A stretch of 64,000 nucleotides of DNA, taken from the NCBI GenBank assembly GCA_046045965.1, contig JBJOKS010000001.1:128001-192000 (forward strand). The letters are read 5' to 3'. Positions 1 through 10,444 of the stretch are shown here, piece after piece. A program made the translations under genes and the position numbers. Position 1 is the first letter of the stretch. Every line of letters starts with the position of its first letter. The notes under the pieces are model-generated. The model saw nothing but the letters and a program-made list of their open reading frames with translations, was not told the origin of the DNA and searched no databases. The DNA comes from Cyanobacteriota bacterium (lineage in GTDB: Bacteria > Cyanobacteriota > Cyanobacteriia > Cyanobacteriales > Nostocaceae).

Positions 1-701
1 CTGAGAATTTCCCCCGTTACCGGATCAATATAACGTATTGCGTCTATTTCATCGCCAAAAAATTCAATTCTAATTATTCTATCTTCGTAAGCCGGTCCAA
101 TTTCTAAAACATCACCACGAACTCTAAATTTACCCCGTCCCATTTCGACATCGTTGCGGCTATACTGCACAGATGTTAAATCTCGTAAAATCTGCCTTTG
201 GTTAACTTCCATACCTATTTCTAGTTTAATTGCGGCTTTGAGGTATTCTGCGGGCATCCCTAAACCGTAAATACAACTAATGGAAGCAACAACAATTACA
301 TCACGACGTTCAAATAGAGAACGAGTTGCAGAATGTCGTAACATATCTATTTCATCATTAATCGCTGCTGTTTTTTCTATATAAGTATCAGTAACGGGAA
401 TATAAGCTTCCGGTTGATAATAGTCGTAATAACTAACAAAATACTCGACAGCGTTATGGGGGAAAAATTCCCGTAACTCATTACATAACTGCGCTGCAAG
501 GGTTTTGTTATGTGCCAGAACTAGGGTAGGTTTACCAACTTTTTCAATAACTGCTGCGATAGAAAACGTCTTACCCGTTCCCGTTGCACCGAGTAAGGTT
601 TGATAACGACTACCAGCTTGGATGCTTTTAAAAAGTTGGGCGATCGCCTGTGGTTGATCACCAGTGGGAGTAAAAGGAGCTTGAAGACTAAATTCTGTCA
701 T
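1..701 (-). CDS. uvrB: Excinuclease ABC subunit B, 5' part (runs off the window edge)
   Basis: Manual translation from the ATG at 701 gives [23 protein letters not shown]...[13 protein letters not shown]...[12 protein letters not shown]...[14 protein letters not shown], the UvrB hallmark motifs. Not in the ORF track because it is truncated. Confidence 0.97.
   Translation of the reverse strand, partial: MTEFSLQAPFTPTGDQPQAIAQLFKSIQAGSRYQTLLGATGTGKTFSIAAVIEKVGKPTLVLAHNKTLAAQLCNELREFFPHNAVEYFVSYYDYYQPEAYIPVTDTYIEKTAAINDEIDMLRHSATRSLFERRDVIVVASISCIYGLGMPAEYLKAAIKLEIGMEVNQRQILRDLTSVQYSRNDVEMGRGKFRVRGDVLEIGPAYEDRIIRIEFFGDEIDAIRYIDPVTGEIL
640..647. repeat. HIP1 octamer GCGATCGC (one example of dozens across the window)
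   Basis: Recurs throughout coding and non-coding DNA. Confidence 0.9.
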
Positions 702-969
702 AACCGTTTCGCTGAACATACCCTTTCCCATAGTAGCGATAGTGGGGATGCGATCGCCTAACCGTGTAATCAGATATTGTTTACAAAAGTTTACTCTTTT
801 AATTTACTTATGTATCTGTTTTGAAGAAACTTATATCTATATGTGGTTTTTTAAGGTTACACTCTTGTATATGGGAAAAAATAAACCTTTCCTTAAATAT
901 TGTAAAATTCACGTAACAAGCTAGAGGTGTTAGTTTATAAACCACCTCAGATGCAAAGGAGATAAAAAA

Positions 970-1320
970 GTGGAAGAAAATCAAGGTAATACAGAACAAG
1001 GTTCTCAGGGGACAATTATAGTTGCTGGAGAGCGTCCTATTGGTAGCAGCGACTTACAATTTTCAGGAACAGTATCAATAGCTGGTTTACGTCCCATTAG
1101 TACAAGTAGTATACAAGTGATTGAAACTTACAATTCAATGGGAATTCGTCCCATTACTGCGAATACATTTCAAGTAGTGAATAGTATTAACCTATCCGGT
1201 ATTCGTCCAATTGCTTCCAGTGCATTGGTCGTTTCGGAAAACTATTCAATATTTGGTAATCGTCCCATAGCATCAAATACAGTTGATGATTCTGAGGTTT
1301 TGATGGGTTTTCTCGACTAA
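970..1320 (+). CDS. Hypothetical protein with five ~19-aa G-x-R-P-I repeats
   Basis: 116-aa ORF, RBS AAGGAG upstream of the GTG, internal periodic repeat, terminator downstream. Confidence 0.85.
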   Translation: MEENQGNTEQGSQGTIIVAGERPIGSSDLQFSGTVSIAGLRPISTSSIQVIETYNSMGIRPITANTFQVVNSINLSGIRPIASSALVVSENYSIFGNRPIASNTVDDSEVLMGFLD

Positions 1321-1347
1321 TTTCTAATATTATCCTCATATCTTTTC

Positions 1348-1380
1348 AACCCGGTTTTATCAATAAACTGGGTTTTTTTT
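1348..1380 (+). terminator. Intrinsic terminator
   Basis: AACCCGGTTT...AAACTGGGTT hairpin followed by a T-run. Confidence 0.7.
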
Positions 1381-1496
1381 ATTCCTTATTCCTTTTTGCA
1401 TAGATATCTAATATATCGTATATATCTTGTGGTGGAAGTGTTAAGTCAATATTCAAGCTAATTTAGTAGGGTGATTAGTAATTATAGGTAAAAAAA

Positions 1497-1679
1497 ATGA
1501 GCATAGAAAAACGGGCGAAAGCCACAGGTAAAAATATTGAAGGTAAAGCACAAGAAGCTTTAGGAAATATGACTGGTGATCCCGAAGATAAAGCTGAAGG
1601 TAAGGCCAAACAAACAGAAAGTGAAGTGCGTCACTCTGTGGAAGATGTCAAAGATAATGTAAAAAAAAAGCTTGATTAA
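1497..1679 (+). CDS. CsbD family stress protein
   Basis: GKAQEALGNMTGDPEDKAEGKAKQ CsbD-type motif, 60 aa. Confidence 0.9.
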   Translation: MSIEKRAKATGKNIEGKAQEALGNMTGDPEDKAEGKAKQTESEVRHSVEDVKDNVKKKLD

Positions 1680-1752
1680 AAGAACGCAGATAAACGCAGA
1701 TAGACGCAGATGATTTATTGATGAGAAAGTTTGTTATCTGAGGAGTAAAATT

Positions 1753-2193
1753 ATGATTTTAATTCAGCAGAGTCGCAAAATATTGACGGCTTTTGTGTTG
1801 ATTTTAATATTAACTTTAACTACTGCTTGTGGTGGGGGAAGAGTTGCAGAAGTTGATCGTACAACTACTCCACCAGCAGTAGGGAGAGATGTGACTTATG
1901 CTGAATTAGAACGCGGTAATACTCCCGCAGGGCAAAATTTTGGAAACTGGGTTGTGCAGACTTCTAAGGGATTAGTTACAGATGCTTTTGTGAGAGATAA
2001 TAATAAATTAGGTGTGGTTATTTCGCCTCAAGTTAGTCCTAAGGAAGTGCGTCCTTTAGCAAATTCTTTGGTGCAGGGTTTTAGAAAGAATTTTCCTAAC
2101 CAAGATGTGAAGGTTTTGATCTATGCACCTGATAAAAAATTAATTTTAACTGCTGATTATATTGCTCAGACAAATCAAGTTAGGTATAGCTAA
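1753..2193 (+). CDS. Hypothetical lipoprotein
   Basis: Hydrophobic signal with TTAC lipobox; RBS GAGGAG. Confidence 0.8.
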   Translation: MILIQQSRKILTAFVLILILTLTTACGGGRVAEVDRTTTPPAVGRDVTYAELERGNTPAGQNFGNWVVQTSKGLVTDAFVRDNNKLGVVISPQVSPKEVRPLANSLVQGFRKNFPNQDVKVLIYAPDKKLILTADYIAQTNQVRYS

Positions 2194-2263
2194 CCATAAA
2201 AGGTAATTGAAAATTCAAAATCACAGCTTCATTGTGTAAATAATAAATCAGGAGAGCAGTCAC

Positions 2264-2785
2264 GTGAGAAGTAGTGAAGAATATAAACGCGAGATTATGA
2301 AAGATTTGGCTCAGGGAAATGTCGAATCTTTGGATAATATGCCGACAGATACGACAAATGAATATGAAACTTTTGATGATTTTGCTCAACGCACAACAAC
2401 AGATCAAAGACGGCATTTATTTAATCAATCTTTGCAACCAGACCGTATTCCTCCTAGTCAGATGGAACCGGAGTTACAAAAGGCAATTTCTCAAATTAAA
2501 CCCAATGAAAGAGATGATGTAGCAAGAGCTTTTTTCAAACAATTAAAGGAACGAGGACTGGATGATAAAAGGTTAGAACAGCAGTTAAATCTTTCTACTC
2601 ATCATCCTAACCGTATGACTGCTGATGATGTGAGTAAATTAGCCTCTTTTACCTATCATAATCATCCTGATGTTTTTCGTGAAGTGTTAGCGGAACAACC
2701 AGGAATTATCAAGTTTCTTAGTAATCCTATTGTGGCGGGAATTATTGGTATTGCGGCGGCTAAATGGTTGGGTAGTCGGAAGTGA
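2264..2785 (+). CDS. Hypothetical protein with C-terminal hydrophobic helix
   Basis: 173-aa ORF with RBS AGGAGA, co-oriented with the CsbD and lipoprotein genes. Confidence 0.8.
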   Translation: MRSSEEYKREIMKDLAQGNVESLDNMPTDTTNEYETFDDFAQRTTTDQRRHLFNQSLQPDRIPPSQMEPELQKAISQIKPNERDDVARAFFKQLKERGLDDKRLEQQLNLSTHHPNRMTADDVSKLASFTYHNHPDVFREVLAEQPGIIKFLSNPIVAGIIGIAAAKWLGSRK

Positions 2786-2812
2786 TTATCTGTAGTTTTG
2801 TAGTAAATAAGT

Positions 2813-2983
2813 TCCCCGACTTCTGCTTTGTTTGGTAAGAAGTTGGGGATCTAGGTTCTATACTCGAAAAAAGATTATTCCTAATTGTAGAAATAAGATA
2901 ATGGAAACTTTAATCTGAGATCCCCGACTTCTGTAATAAATTGATAATTTATTGACAAGTTTAAAAAAGAAGTCGGGGATCTG
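2813..2983. repeat. Two palindromic TCCCCGACTTCT...AGAAGT(C/T)GGGGA repeats; related copies at ~3800-3828 and ~56080-56111
   Basis: Inverted repeats read directly, lying between convergent genes. Confidence 0.75.
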
Positions 2984-3023
2984 ATGTTGATCGTTTTGTT
3001 TGTGCGATCGCCTACACCACTAC

Positions 3024-3497
3024 CTAACCTTCTCCCTGACCACCTGATTGCTTGATTAAATAATCTAAAATTCTGTCAATTCGTTCCAAGGCAGCATTTG
3101 TGGTACGCTGAAACTCTTGATTGTTTCTTTGGAACTCCTGATTATTTCTTTGAAACTCCTGAAACTGCCTTTCAGACTGCCTTAGTGCTTGCTGGTGTAA
3201 ACGTGCAATATCCGCAAGGTTGGTTACTGTTCTCTCTAGTCGTGCTAAAGCTTGACTGTTAGAACGGGTTTCACGTCTGACACCCTCCTGAATAGTACGG
3301 ACTAAATCAATTTCATCTCCAAGCTGATCTAATCTGCTATCAATATCATCCAGTCTTGCATATACAGCATTTTCCGGTGTAATGAGGTACAATTTGGGCG
3401 GGCAAGATGCCCACCCCACAAGAGTTTCATGATGATGATTTGTACCTCATAAGAACGAAATCTGCTGTATATCTTCTGATGGCTGTGAATTACTCAT
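3024..3497 (-). pseudogene. Coiled-coil protein gene interrupted by a 103-bp MITE; reconstructed N-terminus MSNSQPSEDI|YARLDDIDSRLD
   Basis: The ATG at 3497 overlaps the upstream stop (ATGA) and is in frame with ORF 3024..3419. The insert carries an in-frame TGA. Removing 105 bp restores a 122-aa ORF. Confidence 0.8.
3365..3467. mobile_element. MITE with CAGCA...TGCTG ends, TA target duplication and an internal REP-like hairpin
   Basis: TA|CAGCATTTTC..ATGAGGTACAA ... TTGTACCTCAT..GAAATCTGCTG|TA; a related right end occurs at 61159-61187. Confidence 0.8.
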
Positions 3498-3664
3498 AAT
3501 ACCTCTTTATTTTGTGGGTTTTCTTTATTTTTCTCCTTAATAGCTTTCGTCACAATGTACGCGGCCAGGTTAGCTGGTGTACGCTCCTGTTCTTCAGCTA
3601 TGTTTATAAGCTCTTTATATATTTCTTCATCCAGTGTAATTGTCACTCTCGGTCTGATAGCCAT
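3494..3664 (-). CDS. Ribbon-helix-helix (CopG-like) DNA-binding protein
   Basis: MAIRPRVTITLDEEIYKELINIAEEQERTPANLAAYIVTKAI fits the RHH pattern; probable start at ATG 3664. Confidence 0.8.
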   Translation of the reverse strand: MAIRPRVTITLDEEIYKELINIAEEQERTPANLAAYIVTKAIKEKNKENPQNKEVL

Positions 3665-3857
3665 AGGTCTAATATCTAGCAGTGACACTATTTTAGATTC
3701 CTGTTGATCAAAAAATACTAAGCTGACTGCTAACGCGATTAACATCACAGGTCTACTATAGCATCATCAGCAGCAAATTTAAATTTCATAAAAAAATAAA
3801 CCCCCGACTTCCTAAAGAAATCGAGGATTTAAGTATTATTCAGTTAACAGTATTCAA

Positions 3858-4565
3858 TTAAACAGCCGCTAATTCCTTAGTAGGACGCTTGCTGTTACGA
3901 ATATTATTGATTGCTTCCGCATAGTCAGGAGCATTAAACACAGCAGAACCAGCTACAATAGCATTAGCGCCGGCTTCCAAAACTTGCCAGGTGTTATTAG
4001 CTTTGAGTCCACCATCAACTTCGATCCAAGGATCTAAACCGCGTTCATCACACATTTGACGCAGTTTACGAATTTTAGGAACGACGCTAGGAATAAAGCT
4101 TTGTCCACCGAAACCGGGGTTAACGCTCATAATCAGCACTAAATCACATAGTTCCAGTACGTATTCAATTAATTCTAAAGGTGTACCAGGGTTGAGTACA
4201 ACTCCAGCTTGTTTACCGAGTTCTTTGATTTGTCCCAAAGTCCGGTGTAAGTGAGGTGAAGCGTTATGTTCAGCGTGTACAGAAATGATATCAGCACCAG
4301 CCTTAGCAAAACCTTCTACATACTTTTCTGGTTCCACGATCATTAAGTGGACATCCAGGGGTTTGGTTGTAATCGGACGAATCGCCTCCACAACCAGAGG
4401 ACCTATTGTAATATTAGGTACAAAACGTCCGTCCATTACATCAACGTGAATCCAATCTGCTCCCGCTTTGTCCACAGCGCGAATATCGTCACCTAGACGA
4501 CTAAAATCCGCTGATAGGATAGATGGAGAGATAACTATAGGCTTTTTAGATGGGCTTTGGGTCAT
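3858..4565 (-). CDS. rpe: Ribulose-phosphate 3-epimerase
   Basis: [31 protein letters not shown] and VDGG motifs; probable start MTQSPS. Confidence 0.97.
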   Translation of the reverse strand: MTQSPSKKPIVISPSILSADFSRLGDDIRAVDKAGADWIHVDVMDGRFVPNITIGPLVVEAIRPITTKPLDVHLMIVEPEKYVEGFAKAGADIISVHAEHNASPHLHRTLGQIKELGKQAGVVLNPGTPLELIEYVLELCDLVLIMSVNPGFGGQSFIPSVVPKIRKLRQMCDERGLDPWIEVDGGLKANNTWQVLEAGANAIVAGSAVFNAPDYAEAINNIRNSKRPTKELAAV

Positions 4566-4713
4566 GGCTAGTGGGTTCTTAATCGTCCTCGTCTGTAGGC
4601 ATTGTAACAAAATATGGAGAAATCAATTCATAATTCATAATTCATAATTCATAATTTTTCAGAAAACTCCTCCTTTTGCCTTTTGCCTCTTGCCTTTTGC
4701 TTCAAAATGGACT

Positions 4714-6303
4714 ATGAAAAAAATCTGGATAATTTGCGGTTTGGCTGTTTCCTGTTTAACTGTGCCAGTGTTGGCATCTGTAAAGTTTGGCGGTTCTCTA
4801 GGAAGCGGTGGTATTGATGCGCTGAAATTACATCAACCACCATACAATTTAACTGGCCGCAAAATTGCCATCGGTCAGGTAGAAATTGGTCGTCCTGGTA
4901 TGTTTGGTTTAGATAAAGCGGTCTCTAAAAATCGTGCTATTTCTCCTATTGCAGTATTTTCACGCACTACACCAGCTAAGTCAAATACTGGTGTTGATCC
5001 CCATGCTTATAATGTTGCTGCGGTGATGGTCAGTAAAGATAAAGCTTGGCCGGGAGTTGCACCAGATGCAAGACTATATTCTTCTGCTGTGGGTGCTACG
5101 AGAAATATGGGTCAAGCGGAAGAATGTTTATCAGCGCAACATATAGCATTACAAAACAGTGGTGATGTTCGTGCTATTAACTTTAGTTTTGGCGAACCTT
5201 TGAACCGTGATCCCAGACCAGAAGCGGTTTTAGATGGTCAAGCTTTACTAACTTTGTGTATTGATTGGTCAAGTCGGGTGCATAATGTGGTGTATGCGAT
5301 CGCTGGAAATCAAGGTAAAGGCGGGATTCCCATTCCTACAGATAATTTTAACGCAATTAACGTGGCTTTTTCATCACCAAGAGAGGGAATTTTTAATAAA
5401 GTTCATGTTTCTAATTTAGCAGGAAATAATCAAGGAGTAGGCGATCGCTTAGTTGGTAAAGAATTTAATATTGGTGGACGCAGATCAGTGAGTTTAGTCG
5501 CTCCTGGTAGTAATATTCCTGTACTTAACCCGGATGGGAAATTGAATAAATCTACAGGTTCAAGTTTTGCCGCACCTCACCTTACAGCTACGATTGCATT
5601 ATTACAAGAATTTGCTGACAGACAGTTAAGAATTAAACAACCTAATTGGACTATTGATGCGAGAAATCATCAAGTTATGAAAGCTGTATTATTAAATTCA
5701 GCAGAAAAAATTCAAGATAGTGGTGATGGTTTGCGGTTGGGAATGACCAGAAATTTAGTTGATAAACAAAATCGAGATTGGTTTGTTTCTGATGCTTACA
5801 AAGACCCGAAAATTCCTTTAGATGATCAAATGGGAGCAGGACATTTAAACGCTTTTCGTGCTTATCAACAATTGATGTTTGGTCAATGGCAACCAGCCGC
5901 ACCTATTCCGCCTATAGGTTGGGATTATAACACAATTAATGCTAATTCTGCTCTAGAATATAAGTTAGAAAAACCCTTAAAACAAAATAGTTTTGTAGCT
6001 GTCACCTTAACTTGGGATAGATTAGTGGAATTAGATGATAAAAATAAAAATCAACAATATGATGTGGATGAAAGTTTTATAGATAAAGGATTAAATAACC
6101 TCGACATTTATCTAGTCAAAGCGGACGATCCAAAAACAGAAATTGCCAGTTGTGCTTCTGTGAGTGAAATTGATAATGTAGAGCAAATTTTTTGTCCTGT
6201 TCCTGCTACGGGTAATTATAAAATTCGTGTGCAGTTTAAACAACAAGTCAACGAACCTACTCAAGCATACTCTTTAGCTTGGTGGACTGTTCCTGAAAAT
6301 TAG
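4714..6303 (+). CDS. Secreted subtilisin-like S8 serine peptidase with C-terminal beta domain
   Basis: Signal peptide, His motif DPHAYNVAAV, AGN oxyanion motif, GSSFAAP catalytic Ser. Confidence 0.85.
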   Translation: MKKIWIICGLAVSCLTVPVLASVKFGGSLGSGGIDALKLHQPPYNLTGRKIAIGQVEIGRPGMFGLDKAVSKNRAISPIAVFSRTTPAKSNTGVDPHAYNVAAVMVSKDKAWPGVAPDARLYSSAVGATRNMGQAEECLSAQHIALQNSGDVRAINFSFGEPLNRDPRPEAVLDGQALLTLCIDWSSRVHNVVYAIAGNQGKGGIPIPTDNFNAINVAFSSPREGIFNKVHVSNLAGNNQGVGDRLVGKEFNIGGRRSVSLVAPGSNIPVLNPDGKLNKSTGSSFAAPHLTATIALLQEFADRQLRIKQPNWTIDARNHQVMKAVLLNSAEKIQDSGDGLRLGMTRNLVDKQNRDWFVSDAYKDPKIPLDDQMGAGHLNAFRAYQQLMFGQWQPAAPIPPIGWDYNTINANSALEYKLEKPLKQNSFVAVTLTWDRLVELDDKNKNQQYDVDESFIDKGLNNLDIYLVKADDPKTEIASCASVSEIDNVEQIFCPVPATGNYKIRVQFKQQVNEPTQAYSLAWWTVPEN

Positions 6304-6507
6304 ATATTGAAATAGATACCCAATTGCTATGAGAATTTGGGTATCTATATTTTGGATATGTTACCTATTGAAACAAACCTGAGCTAAAAACCTGTTACCA
6401 AAACTGTAACCATTAAATGTTTATGTGCGGTATATGAGATAGTGAACATCTGACACATCATGAGCGTCTAACATCATAGACAGCTGAAACAACAAATGAG
6501 GTAGCAG

Positions 6508-6717
6508 ATGAACGTACACAAATTTAGTGCTGTGCAAGAAAATTTCTTACAAAGACGGTACGGAGTGAGTTTAGGTAGACGCTACGTTTTAGCAGCAGCT
6601 AGTATTGTGATGTTGAGTGTACTTGGTTGTTCCCAAATTGATGATAATACCGCATTAATCACTAAATCGCGTCTACCTAGTACCGAGTCTGAATTGACCA
6701 AAGATCATGGCTACTGA
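6508..6717 (+). CDS. Small hypothetical protein, possible lipoprotein
   Basis: RBS GAGGT; RRYVLAAASIVMLSVLGC signal and lipobox-like motif. Confidence 0.55.
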   Translation: MNVHKFSAVQENFLQRRYGVSLGRRYVLAAASIVMLSVLGCSQIDDNTALITKSRLPSTESELTKDHGY

Positions 6718-6741
6718 TGATGTTTGTTGCTTCTGGTTTCT

Positions 6742-6770
6742 GTAAGGGTTTAGCAATGTTAAACCCCTAC
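6742..6770. repeat. REP-like palindrome GTAAGGGTTTAGCA-A-TGTTAAACCCCTAC; half copy at ~58608
   Basis: Inverted repeat between convergent genes. Confidence 0.6.
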
Positions 6771-6788
6771 TGACTCCTGGAACTCCTG

Positions 6789-8501
6789 CTAATAATGTGA
6801 ACCCGACTTGCGGTGGTTGATAGCAGTCACAGCATCAGGTTTGAGTAATTTACCGTTATCAACGGTTGCATATACTACCCAATGATCGCCACATTCCAGA
6901 CGTTGGTTAACGGAACATTCCAAATATGCACAAGCATCGGTAAGCACTGCACAACCATTGTCTGCTTCGACTGTTTGGAAGTTAGCAAACCTGTCTTCTC
7001 CAGGAGCAAAATGCTTGCGGAAATGTCTCATGTAGTCTACATGAACACCTTCTGGAAGAATATTCAAGACAAACTTACCACCAGGATACATTAATGATTC
7101 AACAGCGCGATCCTTAGCGATCGCCACTGTAATTCCTGGTGGATTAAAAGTAGCTTGAGATACCCAAGTTCCCAGCATTGCTGTAGAAACTTCACCTTGT
7201 TTAGCTGCAACCACACACACAGAACCAACTATTCTCCCTACTGCTTGTTCTGTAGGTGTTGCTGCTTGTTGGGGTACACGAATTTTCTTTGCTTTCTTCA
7301 AACTTTGTGCAAAGTCTGTACCCATCTCTTCACACATTTTCAGGGTGACTTCATCTGGTTTAAATTTCACTTTTAAAGTGTCAAAACCAAACCGATATCC
7401 AGCATCCCGCAGTTTACCTTCTACCAAGTCTAAAGCTTCTCCACTCCAACCATAGGAACCAAACACCCCAGCTAGTTTACTATTGTCACCAATAGCTAAA
7501 ACAATTCCTAAAGCTGTGTGTATGGGTGTGGGAGCATGGCCACCAATGGTAGGAGTACCAATAATAAACGCATCTGCTTGTTCTACAGTGCTACGAATTT
7601 CCTCTGGGGGTGCAAATTCGCAATTAATAGATTTAACCGCAACTCCACCTTTAGTCAATCCCCAAGCGATCGCCTGTGCTAAAGTTGCAGTGTTGCCATA
7701 AGCTGAAGCATAAAGTAAGGCCACAGATATTTCCCGATTCTTGTGGGAATGACACCATTCACCATAAGCTTTAGTTAGTTCAATTAAGCCAGTGCGTACC
7801 AATGGACCATGACCAACACCATACATTCTTACCTGCAAATCAGAGATTTTCTCTAAAGCAGCTTCGACATGAGTTGCATGGGGAGCCATCAAGCAATTAA
7901 AGTAATAATGCTGGTCTTCTTTAAAGGTTTCCGAATTATCATCAAAAACTTCATCACCGCAGATATGCACACCAAATAATTTATCTGTGTAGAGAATTTG
8001 GGTTTGTTGATCATAGGTGCAAAGTGCTTCTGGCCAACGGGGACTAGGAGTAGGTAAGAATTTCAAAACATGACCTTTACCTAAATCTAAGGTTTCTTTA
8101 CCCCGCATAATCAAAACTTTGATATCTTGATCTGGGAAAGCTGCACGCAAATTATTTGCACCGATTATAGAACAAACAAAAGTAATTTGCGGTGCAAGTT
8201 CTAACAGTGCTTTTAAGGTTGGTATGCGGTTAGGACTAAAATGACCCAAAATCACATAATCCAACTTTCTAAAATTGATAGTATTCTGCAATGCTTCCAA
8301 ATAAATATTTGTGAAGCTTTCCCCTGGAGGATCAATTAATGCAGTTTTATCGGCTTCTATTAAATAGCAATTTGCGGTAGTTCCTCGACAAAGTGCATAT
8401 TCAATTTCAAACCGTAGACGTGACCAACTTCTCGCTCTGAGAACTTTTGTGTTTGTAGCAATCGCTAGAATTTGTACGTCCCGTGGTTTGGAATCTGTCA
8501 T
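6789..8501 (-). CDS. flv1B: Flavodiiron protein Flv1, probably the heterocyst-type Flv1B
   Basis: Beta-lactamase-like, flavodoxin and flavin reductase domains; non-canonical metal site HFSPNR; tandem downstream of flv3. The frame is open upstream to 8597. Confidence 0.85.
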   Translation of the reverse strand: MTDSKPRDVQILAIATNTKVLRARSWSRLRFEIEYALCRGTTANCYLIEADKTALIDPPGESFTNIYLEALQNTINFRKLDYVILGHFSPNRIPTLKALLELAPQITFVCSIIGANNLRAAFPDQDIKVLIMRGKETLDLGKGHVLKFLPTPSPRWPEALCTYDQQTQILYTDKLFGVHICGDEVFDDNSETFKEDQHYYFNCLMAPHATHVEAALEKISDLQVRMYGVGHGPLVRTGLIELTKAYGEWCHSHKNREISVALLYASAYGNTATLAQAIAWGLTKGGVAVKSINCEFAPPEEIRSTVEQADAFIIGTPTIGGHAPTPIHTALGIVLAIGDNSKLAGVFGSYGWSGEALDLVEGKLRDAGYRFGFDTLKVKFKPDEVTLKMCEEMGTDFAQSLKKAKKIRVPQQAATPTEQAVGRIVGSVCVVAAKQGEVSTAMLGTWVSQATFNPPGITVAIAKDRAVESLMYPGGKFVLNILPEGVHVDYMRHFRKHFAPGEDRFANFQTVEADNGCAVLTDACAYLECSVNQRLECGDHWVVYATVDNGKLLKPDAVTAINHRKSGSHY

Positions 8502-8725
8502 AGATTTTTCTTGTGCATAAAAAACTTGAGCAACCCAATTTTTGGCTGATGTGAAAGCGTTAGAAACAGAATCAGAAAATGACATAGTATTTATCAAATA
8601 TTTTTGCTAGATAAATATCTGTTTGTTCATGAAAACTCAACATGGAAATATTGGGAATTGATAATGGGTAATTAGAATAATTATTGATTACCTATTCCCA
8701 ATACCAAGTCCCCAGTCCCCAGTCC

Positions 8726-10444
8726 CTAGTAATAGTTTCCTACTTTGCGATGACGTACTGCTGTGACTGCTTCAGCTTTGGAAACTCTTCCATCTTCAAC
8801 GATGCAATATAAAATCCAATGATCGCTACATTCCATGCTGCTGACTACTTCACATTCCATGTATGCGAGTGCATCGGTTAAAATTGGTGAACCATTTTTA
8901 GCAGTTTGGGTTTTTACTCCTGCAAATCTATCCGCACCGGGATGTAAACGCTTGAGGAAATGTTTTTTCAGGTCTTGATAGTTTCCTTCTTCGAGAACAT
9001 TAAGAACAAAGCGATCGCCTATTTGTAATAAGTTATCAATCGCTCGATCTTTGGCTACAGCAATTGTGAATCCTAATGGCTGTAAACTAGCTTGTGTCAC
9101 CCAAGAAGCTATCATTGCACCGCTAACATCACCTTTTTTAGCAGTGACAATATATAACCCACTACTAATTCTCCCTAACGCTTTTTCCATGTTCACGTCG
9201 AGAGATTTGATTTGTTTGATGTTGCGTTCTCGCACCACCAATTGTCCTAATTCTTTACCTGCTTCTTCACAATTTTTATAAATTGATTCACCAGGAATTT
9301 CTTTGATCCGAATTGCTGGAAATGCTTCTTTAATTCCTAAGTCAATAAATTTGCGACGTAGGGTATCAATGGGTTCATCATCACCACCATAGGATTCAAA
9401 TAGTCCTACTACTTGCTTATTTTTGGCGACAGATAATAATGAACTAATTCCAGCTTGTGCCACAATAGAAGAAGTAGGTGGCATTCCCATAATTAAACCA
9501 GATGCTCTACCTGCTAATTCTTGAATTTCTTGCAATTCTGCTGTGTTAAGATCAATTACTTCTACTCCCACACCAGCTTTTTGCAAACCATCACCAATTG
9601 CATGAGCTAATTGATCACTATAACCATAACCGGAAACATAAAACAAACCAATTACAGTTTCTGCTTTGGCTTGTCTTTGACTCCAATTTTGATAATACTC
9701 GGTTAAAACATCAAGGTGATGGTATAGTAATGGTCCGTGTCCATTAGCAATAATTTGAATTTTGCCTAAATCACCCATTCTCTTCATTGCATTCAATAAA
9801 GAACGAGCATTGGGTCCCATTAAGCAATCATAATAAAACCGAAAATCGGCTTCAATTGCTTCTAAATCTTCATCAAATGTGCGACTATCACAAAAGTGCA
9901 TTCCAAACGCATCACAAGTGTAAAGGATTTGGGTTTTGCGATCAAAGCTGAAGATAGTATCAGGCCAGTGTAAATTTGGCGCACTAACAAATTCTATTTC
10001 ATGTCCTGTACCAATATTTATGCGATCGCCACTTTTAACGATTCGTTTGGAAAAAGGATCATGTACCAAACCTTCCAAAAATTGCAATGCTACTTTGGAA
10101 GCTAAAACAGTCGCTCTCGGTGCTAACTGTAATACGTCTTCTACTAAACCACTATGATCTGGTTCGGTGTGACTGACAATTATATAATCAATTGTCTTAG
10201 GGTTAACAAGTCCTTTCAGAGTGTCTAAATACAATTGACGAAACTTCTGATGAGAAGTATCAATCAAAACAGTTTGTTCACCCCTAATTAAATAGGAATT
10301 ATAGGTTGTACCATTTTGCAATCCAAATTCTATATCAAAGCGATCGCGATCCCAGTCAAGAGAACGAATCGCTGTAGTATTAGGGGCAATTTCTACAGTT
10401 TGTATAGTTAACCTTGGTTCAATTTTCTCTGAGATCGCTACCAT
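8726..10444 (-). CDS. flv3B: Flavodiiron protein Flv3, probably the heterocyst-type Flv3B
   Basis: Canonical diiron ligands SHTEPDH, LHWPD, TCDAFG and GHGP; three-domain cyanobacterial FDP. Confidence 0.88.
   Translation of the reverse strand: MVAISEKIEPRLTIQTVEIAPNTTAIRSLDWDRDRFDIEFGLQNGTTYNSYLIRGEQTVLIDTSHQKFRQLYLDTLKGLVNPKTIDYIIVSHTEPDHSGLVEDVLQLAPRATVLASKVALQFLEGLVHDPFSKRIVKSGDRINIGTGHEIEFVSAPNLHWPDTIFSFDRKTQILYTCDAFGMHFCDSRTFDEDLEAIEADFRFYYDCLMGPNARSLLNAMKRMGDLGKIQIIANGHGPLLYHHLDVLTEYYQNWSQRQAKAETVIGLFYVSGYGYSDQLAHAIGDGLQKAGVGVEVIDLNTAELQEIQELAGRASGLIMGMPPTSSIVAQAGISSLLSVAKNKQVVGLFESYGGDDEPIDTLRRKFIDLGIKEAFPAIRIKEIPGESIYKNCEEAGKELGQLVVRERNIKQIKSLDVNMEKALGRISSGLYIVTAKKGDVSGAMIASWVTQASLQPLGFTIAVAKDRAIDNLLQIGDRFVLNVLEEGNYQDLKKHFLKRLHPGADRFAGVKTQTAKNGSPILTDALAYMECEVVSSMECSDHWILYCIVEDGRVSKAEAVTAVRHRKVGNYY

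Noticed and set aside
742..999. Short ORFs 742-924 and 808-999, and the many antisense ORFs inside long genes
   Set aside because: They lie in an AT-rich promoter region or are shadows of well-supported genes, with no recognisable motifs.
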